Positions 1 through 10,136 of a stretch of 64,000 nt of DNA are shown here, piece after piece; positions within the stretch are counted from its first letter, which is position 1, and each line of letters begins with the position of its first letter. Both the position numbers and the translations under genes were made by a program. The stretch is from assembly GCA_963708135.1 (NCBI GenBank), contig OY970192.1:4832001-4896000 (forward strand), given 5' to 3'. This stretch comes from an uncultured Gemmatimonadales bacterium. Its GTDB lineage: Bacteria; Gemmatimonadota; Gemmatimonadetes; Longimicrobiales; RSA9. The notes below the pieces were generated by a model. That model did not search any database. It was not told where the DNA came from and worked only from the letters and a program-made list of their open reading frames with translations.

Positions 1-1131
1 CACCGCCAGCCCCACCTCGAACCCCGAGAGCGAGTCCATGACGACACGCGTGGCGCCCAGCTTGAGGACGGACTCCTGCAGCTCCTGCAGCACCTCATCC
101 ACGGAAAGGTCCAGGGGACGGAGTCGCAGGAGGCGGAGCCGCCCTTGCGCGATCATCGCCTCGAGATCGACGCCGAGCATCCGGGCGCGCAGCAGGTACT
201 CTTCGGGGTACTCCTCGAACATGGCGATCACGCCCGATTCGCCGCGCTGCAGCCCGTCGATCATGAACTGCATGCCGACGAGCGTCTTGCCCGAGCCCGC
301 CGGGCCCGTCACCAGCACGGCATCGCCGGCGGGAATCCCGCCGCCCATCATCTCGTCCAGGCCCCGGATGCCCGTGGACAGCCGCTCCGAGCTTTGCCTC
401 GCCTCGGGTCGGACCGGCACCTCGCCGATACGCGGGAAGACGCGCACGCCATCTCCGCTGATGCGGAACGGGTGCAGCCCGGGAATGGACGCCCGACCCC
501 GCATCTTGACCGCCTGCAGCTTGCGCACGCTGGCGTTGCCCTCCGCCTTCTGGAACATCCAGATGATGCCGTCGGCGACGGTGAAGATGGGGTTGTCGTG
601 CACCTCGGCTTCCGAGTACTCCCCCACCAGGAAGGACGTGACCTGACGATTCGTGAGCTGGATGGCCAGCCGCTGGAGGAAGCTCTGCGGGTCCGGCTCG
701 GCACTGGCACCCCGCCCGGCGGCTCGCAACACGGTGCGGAAGGAGTCTACCACCACCAGGCTGGGCTCCGTCATCTCGACCTCCTGCACGATGCGCTCGA
801 GCACCTGTCGCAGGTTCTGCTCGAGGGCCAGGTCGCTGAGGTTCACCAGGCGGATCGCCTTGCCTACCGCCTCCACGTCGAAGAAGGAGAACTGCTGCTG
901 GTAGCGCAGCATCTTGAGCGTCGGCTCGCCCAGCACCGTGAAGTAGAGCGCGGGCCGCTCCGGCGTGGCGTTGGCGAACAGGATCTGCTGCACCAGCGTG
1001 GTCTTGCCCGTGCCCGGCTCGCCCGCGATGAGATTGAACGAGTACTCGGGAATCCCGCCGCCCAGGACCTGGTCCAGGCCTGGCACGCCGGTGGCGAGTC
1101 CACGGATGGACACACCGGTCTTTTCGGTCAT
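1..1131 (-). CDS. KaiC/RAD55-like double-domain P-loop ATPase, 3' end outside window
   Basis: Manual translation from ATG 1131 (GGAG RBS): MTEKTGVSIRGLATGVPGLDQVLGGGIPEYSFNLIAGEPGTGKTT; second Walker A (GPAGSGKT) near 280-310. Absent from ORF track because there is no stop in the window. Confidence 0.88.
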   Translation of the reverse strand, partial: MTEKTGVSIRGLATGVPGLDQVLGGGIPEYSFNLIAGEPGTGKTTLVQQILFANATPERPALYFTVLGEPTLKMLRYQQQFSFFDVEAVGKAIRLVNLSDLALEQNLRQVLERIVQEVEMTEPSLVVVDSFRTVLRAAGRGASAEPDPQSFLQRLAIQLTNRQVTSFLVGEYSEAEVHDNPIFTVADGIIWMFQKAEGNASVRKLQAVKMRGRASIPGLHPFRISGDGVRVFPRIGEVPVRPEARQSSERLSTGIRGLDEMMGGGIPAGDAVLVTGPAGSGKTLVGMQFMIDGLQRGESGVIAMFEEYPEEYLLRARMLGVDLEAMIAQGRLRLLRLRPLDLSVDEVLQELQESVLKLGATRVVMDSLSGFEVGLAV

Positions 1132-1568
1132 CCTGTCTCCCTCTCGCGAGCTGCCGGGTCATCACCCGGGAGATCGGGCCGCGCCGGTTGGATGAGCTGC
1201 GTGGTCAGGGGCTCGCCCAGGAACGTGAAGAGGAGCCCGATCAGCTGGGCGCATACCGCGTGGAGCGCCTCGCCGGCTTCGCGCGCCTCGCGCCCGGCGA
1301 GCGCCGCGCGGGCGTCGTCCAGCGAACGCGGGCGGCTCGCGCCGTCCGCGAGGAACGCGAAGCGTCGGCCGGCCAGGTCCAGGGCGCGCGCCTCGAGGGC
1401 CGCGAACCCCTCGTCACCGAGCACGCGCGACAGGTCATGGCGCAGCCGCTGCAGCACGCGCTCGGTCGCGGGCAGGAGGTCCGCGACCGCGAGGCGGTCG
1501 TTGGCCTCGTGCTCGATCAGGCGACGAGCCAGCCCGTTCGCAGCGGGGGGAGGATCGGGCGACTCCAC
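1128..1568 (-). CDS. Hypothetical protein coupled to the KaiC-like ATPase
   Basis: GTG with GGAGGG RBS; helical sequence ending IGLLFTFLGEPLTTQLI; stop overlaps the ATPase ATG. Confidence 0.7.
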   Translation of the reverse strand: MESPDPPPAANGLARRLIEHEANDRLAVADLLPATERVLQRLRHDLSRVLGDEGFAALEARALDLAGRRFAFLADGASRPRSLDDARAALAGREAREAGEALHAVCAQLIGLLFTFLGEPLTTQLIQPARPDLPGDDPAARERETG

Positions 1569-1600
1569 GGCCCTCCGCTCGGGTCCTGCCCACCCGCTCC

Positions 1601-3366
1601 TCACGGCGGGCTCCCGTCCGCGGGAACCGCGGACACCCGCCCCGCCGGCGCCGGGTGCTCGAGCTGTTGCTGTCGTTGCGGCTCGATCTGCAGGTCGCGG
1701 CCGTACACATCGTGCAGGAAGCGCACGGTGCCGTCCTCGTCGACCCAGACGGTGAAGTAGAGGATGTAGACCGGAACGCCCTCGCGGAACTTGATCGGGG
1801 TTTCCACACCCGTCGCCAGGATGGCCTCGAGCTGCTCCGGGGGCGTGCCCGTGACGCGCTCCATGAGCAGCCGCGCCAGCTCCTTCGGCTTCTCCAGCCG
1901 GATGCAGCCGTGGCTGAAGGCGCGGTCGGTGAGCGAGAAGAGCTGGCCCGCCGGCGTGTCGTGCAGGTAGATGTTGTCGTTGTTCGGCAGCATGAACTTG
2001 AGCTGGCCCAGCGCGTTGTCGGGTCCCGGCCGCTGCCGGAAGCGGTAGGCGCCCGGCCTGGTGAGGTCCACCGAGGAGGCGTCTACCACGCGCTCCCGCT
2101 TCACCACGTCCATGTGGTGGGCGACGAGGTAGCCGGGATCGCGCCGGATTCCCGGCACCACCTCGTCCGCCGCGATCGACGGCGGCACGTTCCACGAGGG
2201 GTTCACGATCAGCGAGGTCATGGTGTCGGCGAAGAGCGGCGTCTTCCACCCCTGCTTGCCGACGACGACGTGCATGACCTCACTGGGATGGCCGCCCTCG
2301 ATCATCTCGAGCTGGAAGCCCGCCACGTTGACGACGATGTAGCGCTCGCCCAGGTCACGCGGCAGCCAGCGCCAGCGGTCCAGGTTCAGCCGCAGGTCGG
2401 CGATCCGGTCGGCCACGGTGTAATTGAGTTCCCGCAGCGTGAGCGCACCCAACGCGCCGTCCTCGTCGATGCCGTTGCGGCTCTGGAAGTGCACGAGCGC
2501 GGCGCGCAGGCTGTCGTCGAAGACGTCGGGACGCGCCACGCCGAGGCGCGCCAGACGGGATTCGCCGCTGTCCGCCGGGACCAGCAGGCGCTGGCGCAGC
2601 GCCACGATCGTGGCGCCGCCGTGCTGGCCGGCCCGCGGCCGGCGCGCGGGCGGCGGAACCTGCGGCCAGCCGCCGCTCGCCTCCAGAACGCGGTAGCGCG
2701 CCAGCGCCTGCACCAGCCGGCCGTAGTAGGGCGCCACGGGCCGCAGCCGCGCCAGCAGCGAATCGACCGGCTCGGTGCGCACGGCCTTGAGGACGTCCAG
2801 CTCGAGCGTCGTGTCGCGCGGGATGCGCCAGCTCAGCCCGGTCTTCTGCGGGTCCACGGTCCCCTGGATCAGGTCGCGGGCGTAGCGGCCGAAGCCTTCC
2901 GTGAGCACGAGGTCCAGCTGCCCCAGCAGCGCGGCCCGCGCCGCGGAACTCAGCTTCGTCGAATCCAGGCGCACGACCATCGCATGGGCATGTCCAGCCC
3001 GTACGAGCGCGGGTCCAGGCCGTCCTCGGCCGCCCGCCCGATCGCGGCGTAGATCTCCTGTCCCTTCGGCAGCAACACCTCGCCGTCGGTCCAGGCGCTC
3101 CGGTACAGGCGCCAGCGGTAGAAATGTCGTGTGGGCTCGCTGATATGGAGCGTGTCCGCGGCCGAGAAGCGGACCATCGACTCCCGCGGCACGCTCGCGA
3201 GCAGCGCTGTCACCCGCCGCAGGAGCCCGCCGCTCCCCTGCTCCTCGACCGAGCGCGCCGCGGCTCTCGTCCGCGCCTGGTCGGCACACCCGGAGAGCCC
3301 CGGTATCAGCGTGAGCAGCAGGGCCGCGACCACGAGCCCGCACCGTCTACCGTTCTGCCGCTTCAA
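1601..3366 (-). pseudogene. YcbB/YkuD-type murein L,D-transpeptidase lipoprotein, frameshifted near 2980
   Basis: N-terminal frame has a lipobox (GLSGC) and scaffold motifs FY..AW..DGLDPRSY; C-terminal frame has PG-binding FQSRNGIDEDGALG and YkuD motif IYLHDTP...FSHGCIRL. The two halves are in different frames. Confidence 0.8.
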
Positions 3367-3476
3367 TCGCTTCCCCTTCCCCTGTGATGTCAGCATCCAG
3401 CTATTCGTGCAGGCTGCGATCGGTATGGAAACGGGTCGAAGACCTCGTGCACGCCCCGGATCCGGCCGCTCGAGGC

Positions 3477-4340
3477 TCATCCCCGGGCGTCTACCCGGAA
3501 GTGCAGCGTGTCTCGAAGGTTCTGCAGCGTCCTGTAGTAGTAGAGCGGCGTCGGACGCCGGCCATCGAACTTCAACCCTTTCAGGAATCGCACCTCCTCC
3601 TCCGTCACGCTGGCGCTGAGGCCGGGATCGGTGAGGAACTCCTTCAGCCCCTCCTCCAGCACCACCTCCTCCGGCTCCCGCTCCACGAACCCGAACTGCT
3701 TCACGTGACCGGGGCTGACCGGATGGTTCAGCACTATCGTCAGGTCGAACGTCGCCAGGTCGATGTCCCACGAGTCGATCAGCGGCTCCAGGAACCAGAG
3801 GCACTCGTCCACGGAGAGCCGGAAGATGTCCGTCTCCAGGAAGGCCACCACCACACCCCGCATCTCCTCCTGCGTCCGCCCGCTCTCCCGAGCCACCATG
3901 CGCAGCCAGTACGCATTGTCGATCTCCTCCCGCGCTACCCACTTCGCGACATCCAGCAGCTTCTGCGTGACCAGCCGCTCCAGCTCCCCGAACGGCTGCT
4001 TCTCGAAGATCGACCGCACGGCGTGCACCCGGTTCCGGTTGCACTTGCGCAGGATCAGCTCGCGCACCTCCTCGAAGAGCGGCGCCGGGCCCTCGCCCAG
4101 CGCGCGCCTCAACTCTTCCTTGCGCTGCAGGTCCGCCAGCCGCGCCAGGTCGCCCGCCGGCAGCTTGAGGAACGCCTCCATCTTCCCATAGATGTCCGTC
4201 CGCGCCGGCACCGGCGGCGCCTTGCGCCGGGTCAGCAACTGAGACACATAGGACTCGGTCACCTCCGCCGCCCGGGCGAGGTCCTTCTGTTCCAGCCCCA
4301 GCTCCTTCAGTTGACGCCGGATGAGCAGCGACACGTCCAC
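3477..4340 (-). CDS. XRE-like helix-turn-helix transcriptional regulator
   Basis: N-terminal LEQKDLARAAEVTESYVSQLL HTH; coherent 287-aa ORF. Confidence 0.75.
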   Translation of the reverse strand: MDVSLLIRRQLKELGLEQKDLARAAEVTESYVSQLLTRRKAPPVPARTDIYGKMEAFLKLPAGDLARLADLQRKEELRRALGEGPAPLFEEVRELILRKCNRNRVHAVRSIFEKQPFGELERLVTQKLLDVAKWVAREEIDNAYWLRMVARESGRTQEEMRGVVVAFLETDIFRLSVDECLWFLEPLIDSWDIDLATFDLTIVLNHPVSPGHVKQFGFVEREPEEVVLEEGLKEFLTDPGLSASVTEEEVRFLKGLKFDGRRPTPLYYYRTLQNLRDTLHFRVDARG

Positions 4341-4370
4341 TTCAGCCGTTCGGCAAAGGGGGAGGCTCGC

Positions 4371-4441
4371 TTAACTCAGCCAAGTTAACCATACCCGGCC
4401 CGAAGGGCAATGGCTTCGGTTCACTTGACAAGTAAAGTGAA
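4371..4441. promoter_or_regulatory. Divergent promoter region with inverted repeats
   Basis: AT-rich island: TTAACT-N6-AGTTAA (4371-4388) and TTCACTT-N8-AAGTGAA (4420-4441) containing TTGACA (4425-4430). Confidence 0.6.
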
Positions 4442-4460
4442 ATGCACTAACTCAATTCCT

Positions 4461-5768
4461 ATGCGCAAGCCTACGTCGTCGGTCGAGCTGCCGGGCAGTC
4501 CCACGCCGCCGGCCGGGCAGGTGTCCGTGCCGCCCGCGGGGCCGCCGGCGCGCGGGCCGGCGGTGGCCGGACCCCGCGGGTTGGCGGGTCCGCCGGCGGA
4601 GGGGGAGCGTCGCGGCCGGGTGCTGGGGTGGCGGAGCCGCGATGTGCTGCGCGCGACGGCGCTGGTGAGCGGTTTCCTGCTGGCGTTGGTGGTACTGTGG
4701 GTGGCGCGGGAGATCTTCCTGACGGCGTTCCTGGGGATCCTCCTGGGGCTGGCGGTGGGCGCGGGCGCGACGCAGCTCGCGCGGTTGCGCATCCCGCGGG
4801 GGGTGGGTGCCCCGCTGGTGGTGTTCAGCTTCCTGGCGGCGCTCTACGGGGTGGGGGCAGCGATCGCGCCCACGCTGCAGGAGCAGGGGGTGCTGCTGCG
4901 GACGCAGGTTCCGGAAGCGGTGGATCGCATCCAGGGCTGGCTGAACGCCCGCCCGAGCTTCGCCGCGCTGCTGCTGCCGGACCGGCCGGGCGGGGAGCCG
5001 CGCGCCGCCGCGGCGGAGGCGGGCGCCGCGCCGCCCCCGTCCAGCCCGGCCGGGCCGGCTGGGCCTACGGTGGGCGAGCGGGTGATGTCACAGTTTCGGG
5101 GCGCGCTGCACTACCTCTTCCCCTTCCTGTCTTCGGCGGTCTCGGTGGCCGTGGGAGTGTTCCTGATCGTGGTGCTGGCGATCTACGTCGGGGCCGATCC
5201 CGGGCTGTACCACACCGGCCTGATGCACCTCTTTCCGCACCGGGCGCGGGAGCAGGGGGGCGAGGTGCTCACGCGGATCGCGACGGTGCTGCGCAGGTGG
5301 CTCGTGACTCAGCTTCTGGCGATGCTGGTGATCGGGGTGGTGAGCACGATCGCCCTCTCCATGCTGCAGGTGAAGGCGGCCGTCGCACTGGGTGTGATCG
5401 CGGGGCTGCTCGAGTTCGTGCCGACGGTGGGGCCGATCATGGCGGCCGTCCCCGCGGTGGCCATGGGCTTTCTCGATTCGCCCGAGAAGGCGCTCTCCGT
5501 GGCACTGGCGTACCTGATCATTCAGCAGCTCGAGGGGCACCTGCTCATCCCCATGCTGATGAAGGAAGGGATGGACCTGCCGCCGGCGCTCACGATCGTG
5601 ACGCAGGGGGTCATGGCGTTGCTGTTCGGGTTCCTGGGGTTGATGGTCGCCGTCCCGCTGCTGGCGACGGTGATCGTGCCGATCAAGCTGCTGTACGTGC
5701 AGGGCGTGGTGGGCGACGCCGTATACGAAGATGAAGAGGAGCAGGCGATCGGACTGGCCGGCGCCTGA
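4461..5768 (+). CDS. AI-2E (PerM) family transporter
   Basis: Multiple TM helices; motifs GLLEFVPTVGP and IQQLEGHLLIP...GFLGLMVAVP. Start could be 4410 or 4461. Confidence 0.9.
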   Translation: MRKPTSSVELPGSPTPPAGQVSVPPAGPPARGPAVAGPRGLAGPPAEGERRGRVLGWRSRDVLRATALVSGFLLALVVLWVAREIFLTAFLGILLGLAVGAGATQLARLRIPRGVGAPLVVFSFLAALYGVGAAIAPTLQEQGVLLRTQVPEAVDRIQGWLNARPSFAALLLPDRPGGEPRAAAAEAGAAPPPSSPAGPAGPTVGERVMSQFRGALHYLFPFLSSAVSVAVGVFLIVVLAIYVGADPGLYHTGLMHLFPHRAREQGGEVLTRIATVLRRWLVTQLLAMLVIGVVSTIALSMLQVKAAVALGVIAGLLEFVPTVGPIMAAVPAVAMGFLDSPEKALSVALAYLIIQQLEGHLLIPMLMKEGMDLPPALTIVTQGVMALLFGFLGLMVAVPLLATVIVPIKLLYVQGVVGDAVYEDEEEQAIGLAGA

Positions 5769-5914
5769 CGACACGCTGCGTCTGCCCCGGCGGCCGGGGT
5801 CGGAGACCGGCTCTCGCCGGGATCAGTATCGCGGCCGCGTTCCATCGGTTGCGTGCCATGCAGGTCCACGGTGGCAGGTTCCGGGCCTGGAGAGCGGCGA
5901 CCGCGCGGGGTCCG

Positions 5915-6288
5915 CTACGGCCTGCCGTGACAGAGCTTGAACTTCCTGCCGCCGCCGCACGGGCAGGGCTCGTTGCGGCCGATGTCGTCCGCCTGGAAAC
6001 TGGCGTCCTCCGCGGCGAGCAGCTGCATGATCTCGGTCGGCGCGCGAAGTGGTCGCGCGCGTAGACGTCGCCGTTGTGATCGGGCGCCAGCGCGTTGCCG
6101 CAGGTCTCGGCGAGGATGCAGCGGCGGCGGCGACGACCGCGACCACCCGCGCCGTCTGCGCGTGCATCCGGGTCTCGCCGGATCTCCGCGTAGACCGAGA
6201 TATCGAACCGGAGCACGCGCAGCATCCGCTGCCAGACGACTCCTGAGCCAGTGCGCGCTCCCGATGTGCTCACCGCGGGCGATCGCAT
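5915..6288 (-). pseudogene. Degraded chimeric remnant: Yip1-like N-terminus joined to anaerobic sulfatase maturase-like fragments and a SEC-C motif
   Basis: Fragments in different frames: MLRVLRFDISVYAEIRRDPDA; CILAETCGNALAPDHNGDVYARDHF; MQLLAAEDASFQADDIGRNEPCPCGGGRKFKLCHGRP* (5915-6028). Confidence 0.55.
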
Positions 6289-6326
6289 GTCTCCGCCGTC
6301 CGCCCGCGGTCCGCCGCCCGGGCGGC

Positions 6327-7916
6327 TTATTGCGCCGCCGGCCGGTTGCTGCCGTCGAGGACGATGAAGCGCGGGTTGAGCATCTTTGTCGGCTCCGGCC
6401 CCGCGGTCGAGCCGGGATTCACGTAGTTGCGCTGGATGACCTTGATGATGTCTCCCGTGGGCACCAGCTTCCGTGGGACCTCGGTACAATGCTCGAGGCC
6501 GGTGCAGTCCCGCGCGATGTAGTAGACATAGAAGTAGCGGGCGTCGTGCTGGAGTGCGCCCGCGAACGGCGCGGCCGTCCCGTCGAGAGCATTGTCGGAA
6601 ATGTTCTTGACGCCGACGAGCTGGGGGAACCAGTTGACGGAGAGGCTCACGTAGGTGGCGTTCCCCGTCTCCTTCGCCAGCGTCCCGACCAGAGCGATGA
6701 CCTGACCGTCGTCGATCCGCATCGACGGGCTGATCTGGTAGTCCGCGTCCTGCGTGTCACCCAGGCAGTCCATCGGGCCGCGCGCGGGGTCCGGGTAGCC
6801 CAGGCAGTGCTGGCCCACGAGGTCGAGGTACCTGTATGCGCTGAAGAAAGGGACCGTGTCCGCCTGGGGCTGGTTCCAGTGCGCCCGCACCGCATCGAGG
6901 AGCGCGTTCAGGTCACCCGCCAGCGTGGTCTCGTCGAAGTTCCAGCTCCTCGTCTCGTAGGCGGGGATGGGGAAGCCGCTCGCCGGGTGCGACGGGTTGG
7001 TGTCCCGCACGCGGAGCACCGTGAGCGGAAGCTGCTTGCGCCACTGTTCGCCCGCCGCGTCGTCCGTCGGCATGGCGTAGCGGATGTAGGTGATGAGGTC
7101 ATCGGCGCCGCGGCCCAGTCCCACGCGCACCAGGGAGGGGGAGACCGGCTCGGTGAACACATTGTCGGACGTGGGGACTCCCGCGCGCAGCAACGCCGCC
7201 GTCATTGCGTCCGACATCGCGGCATCGGGCGTGATCACGAAGTAGCGCTGCTGTCCCCAGACGCTGCCGCTCTGCCGCTGGATGATGACGTTGTTGGTGC
7301 TGTTGCCGATGCTCGAGATCATCATCCTGCGCGCCGGGTCCGGCGAGGCGCCGAAGAGAATGCCCTTCAGCAGCGGATCGGCGGCAACCCTCGGAAGGAT
7401 CGGATCGCTCTCGTTGAGGCCTGCCTCGCGGCTGAAGACGTTGGTCCCCATCCCGAAGTACCTCGCCTCGGGCGGGAGGTCTGCCAGGACCACCAGCGCC
7501 TCACGGGCGTCGAGCCGGTAGGTGGCGGACATGCCCCGCTGCGCCTGGGTCAGCACGTGCTGCATGCGCGGATCCACGAACTCCTCCTGCCACTGCGGAA
7601 CCACGGCGAGCGCGTAGGGCGCGGTCGGGTTGTTGCCGTAGCAGTAGCCGAGCGTCTGAAGCGGATACCTGCACTGCTCGATCCCCCACAGCGTCCAGTA
7701 GCCCTGCGCGACCTCGTAGCCCCGGGCTTCGAGATCCGCCTTCAACGCGTCGGCCTTCTGCTGGATGGACGCCGGCAGGTGCATGGCGGTGCCGACATCG
7801 GCGGCAACGGTGCCAGGCGCCTGCTGGGTCGGCGTGAGAGTGGAGTCGTCGGCGCACGCCGCAATGGCGGCGGCGAGAAGGACGGCGGACAGGGTGCCGA
7901 ACAGCCGCGATTTCAT
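6327..7916 (-). CDS. Uncharacterised lipoprotein (~529 aa)
   Basis: ATG 7916 with GGAGG RBS; signal peptide with lipobox IAAC; globular sequence with several Cys. Confidence 0.8.
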   Translation of the reverse strand: MKSRLFGTLSAVLLAAAIAACADDSTLTPTQQAPGTVAADVGTAMHLPASIQQKADALKADLEARGYEVAQGYWTLWGIEQCRYPLQTLGYCYGNNPTAPYALAVVPQWQEEFVDPRMQHVLTQAQRGMSATYRLDAREALVVLADLPPEARYFGMGTNVFSREAGLNESDPILPRVAADPLLKGILFGASPDPARRMMISSIGNSTNNVIIQRQSGSVWGQQRYFVITPDAAMSDAMTAALLRAGVPTSDNVFTEPVSPSLVRVGLGRGADDLITYIRYAMPTDDAAGEQWRKQLPLTVLRVRDTNPSHPASGFPIPAYETRSWNFDETTLAGDLNALLDAVRAHWNQPQADTVPFFSAYRYLDLVGQHCLGYPDPARGPMDCLGDTQDADYQISPSMRIDDGQVIALVGTLAKETGNATYVSLSVNWFPQLVGVKNISDNALDGTAAPFAGALQHDARYFYVYYIARDCTGLEHCTEVPRKLVPTGDIIKVIQRNYVNPGSTAGPEPTKMLNPRFIVLDGSNRPAAQ

Positions 7917-8409
7917 GACAGGCCTCCTCGAGGACGAATACCGGCTACGAGTCTCCTCGTTCGGCAGCCGGTCGGTCTCCGGGAGGGAGATTCCTGGCGT
8001 TGCGGACCGGCCTTGCAGCCGGGGTGCCCGTTCGGGGGAGCAGTGCAGCGTCGCGTCGGTGGGGCTGGCAGCAATCGAGCCCCACGGCCTGGCGCGAGGC
8101 AACCGTGCCCCGCGCCGCGAGTTGCGTCGGCGGGGCACGGCTCGGCGGTGTGCTGGAAGGGGCAATCTGCGACGGCTGCCGCGCCTCCGCCCGCGCCAAG
8201 GTGCGACCGCGGCCGCCTCCGACGCGCCGGTCCGGGGGCGCGGTGGACGACCCGCCCGAGGAGGCGCTGCCGGTGCTGCAGGGCAGGCGCCGGCCGCGCG
8301 CCGGGTGCGCAACTCGCTGCTCGCCGCCCCGCGTGCGGCGCGGGTGTGGAGATCGCGAGCGGATCCACCTACCTTCGAGGATGGACGACGCGACATCGAG
8401 GAGGTGAGC

Positions 8410-8952
8410 GTGGAGAGCCTGAAGGGGAAGCTCCTCCTCTCCGGGGGCGGCCTGTTCGACCCGAACTTTCGGCAGACGGTGGTGCTGCTCGGGGAGCATG
8501 ACGAGACGGGCGCGGTGGGGGTCGTGCTCAACCGCCCCCTGGAGGTCAGTGTGGAGGAGGCGGTTCCGGCGCTGGCCGGCGTGGCCGGTCCGGGCGCGCG
8601 GCTCTTCGGCGGCGGCCCGGTGGAGCCGGAGCAGGCCGTGCTGCTGGTGGAGGTGGCGGACCCCGCCGTCCTGGACGTGCCGGTGCTCGCCTCGATCGGC
8701 TTCGTTACCGGCGAGGTGCCGTGGGACGTGCGATCGTCCGTGCGCCAGGCGCGGGTCTACGTGGGCCACGCGGGCTGGGGCCCCGGGCAGCTCGACGCCG
8801 AGATGGCGAGCGGCGCATGGATCGTGGAGGACGCCACGGCCGAGGACATCTTCGCGGCTGAGCCCGCGGCGTTGTGGCGTCGCATACTGGAGCGGAAGGG
8901 CCCCCGCTACGCCAGGCTCGCCCGCATCCCGTTCGATCCCACGATGAACTGA
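8410..8952 (+). CDS. yqgE: YqgE/AlgH family protein
   Basis: DPNFRQTVVLL..H...GAVGVVLNRP, FGGGPV, GHAGWGPGQLDAE; GTG with GAGG RBS. Confidence 0.92.
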   Translation: MESLKGKLLLSGGGLFDPNFRQTVVLLGEHDETGAVGVVLNRPLEVSVEEAVPALAGVAGPGARLFGGGPVEPEQAVLLVEVADPAVLDVPVLASIGFVTGEVPWDVRSSVRQARVYVGHAGWGPGQLDAEMASGAWIVEDATAEDIFAAEPAALWRRILERKGPRYARLARIPFDPTMN

Positions 8953-9044
8953 TCGGGCGGCAGGCGGCCCGGTGCGCCGACGGCCGGCGCGATCGACTCA
9001 AGCCGGCGCGCCCCGGCCGGCGCGCGGCACGGATGCGCTCGTCG

Positions 9045-9924
9045 TCACAGCACGGCGAAGATCCCCTTCATGGCCCGCTCCAGCGCGCGCCGCAGGCCGT
9101 CGGCCTTCGCCCCGAGATGGAACGCCGCCACGGCGACGGGGCGCAGCAGCCCCTCCAGCTCCTCGTCCCGCGCCGCGGCCTGGGCGTCGCCGGGCACGTC
9201 CGCCACGCGCGTCCCCTGCGCGCCCGCCGTGACCACCACTCCTCGCCCGCTCGAGCTCGCCGTACGCCCGCGCCACAGTGCCCGGGGCAATGTCGAGGTC
9301 GTCCGCCAGACGGCGCACGGTCGGCAGCCGGTCCCCGGGCGAGAGCCGCTTCGTCGCCACCGCCTCCTGCACCTGCGCCACGATCTGCTCGTAGATCGAC
9401 GCGCTCGACGAATCATCGATCGCGATGCGGAACCCCGCCTCGGCACCTCGTGCGGGGGCCGCGCTTCGCTCCGCCGCCGTCCCGGATCCGTCGCCGAGAA
9501 CCTCCACCACGGCGGCGCGCGCCGCCTCCAGCGTGACGCCGGCCTCCCGGAGCACACCCGGAACCGTCCGCCCGAGCGCGAGAATCCCGAGAAACAGGTG
9601 CTCCGTCCCCACGTACTCGTGGTTCAGCCGCTTCGCCTCGGCCATGGCCCGCTCGAGCGCGCGCTTCGCCTCGCCCGTGTACGGCAACTCCCCGCCCTGG
9701 CGCGCGGCGCCCCGGTCGCCGCGGAGCTCGACCTCGAGCCGCTCCCCCAGGCCGCGCCCGTCGGCCCCCAGCCGCTCCAGCACCACCATGGCGAGTCCGC
9801 CGCCCTCCCTCAGCAGCCCCATCAGCAGGTGTTCCGGGGCTACCCGGGCATCTCCGTGCTCTGCCGCAACGTCCCGCGCCTCTGCCAGCGCGCGGCGGAC
9901 CCGGTCCGTGAAGTTGTATCGCAT
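9045..9924 (-). CDS. Clp N-terminal repeat domain fused to GntR (YtrA-type) regulator; frameshift near 9245
   Basis: MRYNFTDRVRRAL..PEHLLMGLL..EAKRLNHEYVGTEHLFLGIL followed by IYEQIVAQVQEAVATKRLSPGDRLPTVRRLADDLDIAPGTVARAYGELE; GVVVTAGAQGTRV continues in another frame to stop 9045. Confidence 0.8.
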
Positions 9925-9945
9925 CCGCTCCGCTCCCGACGGGGT

Positions 9946-9968
9946 TTGTACCAATCCGACAGATACAA
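9946..9968. promoter_or_regulatory. YtrA-type operator TTGTA-N13-TACAA
   Basis: TTGTACCAATCCGACAGATACAA about 21 bp upstream of the Clp-N/GntR start; fits the TGTA-N13-TACA YtrA-subfamily pattern. Confidence 0.7.
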
Positions 9969-10136
9969 TGGCACGGCGGCGTTCTTGTGTCAATGGAGAT
10001 GGCACAAAGCCCGCACGGTGCGGGTCGGCGGCGGCTTCCTTGACGCGGATCCCGTCCGCGCTCTATGCTCGGACGTGCGCGAACGCGCGCATCAGCCCTG
10101 CACCCTCATCTCCCATAGCCAGGCGACGGGCCCGTG

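Noticed and set aside
1..1131. True circadian kaiC
   Set aside because: No kaiA/kaiB visible in the window; fits the widespread KaiC-like signalling ATPases.
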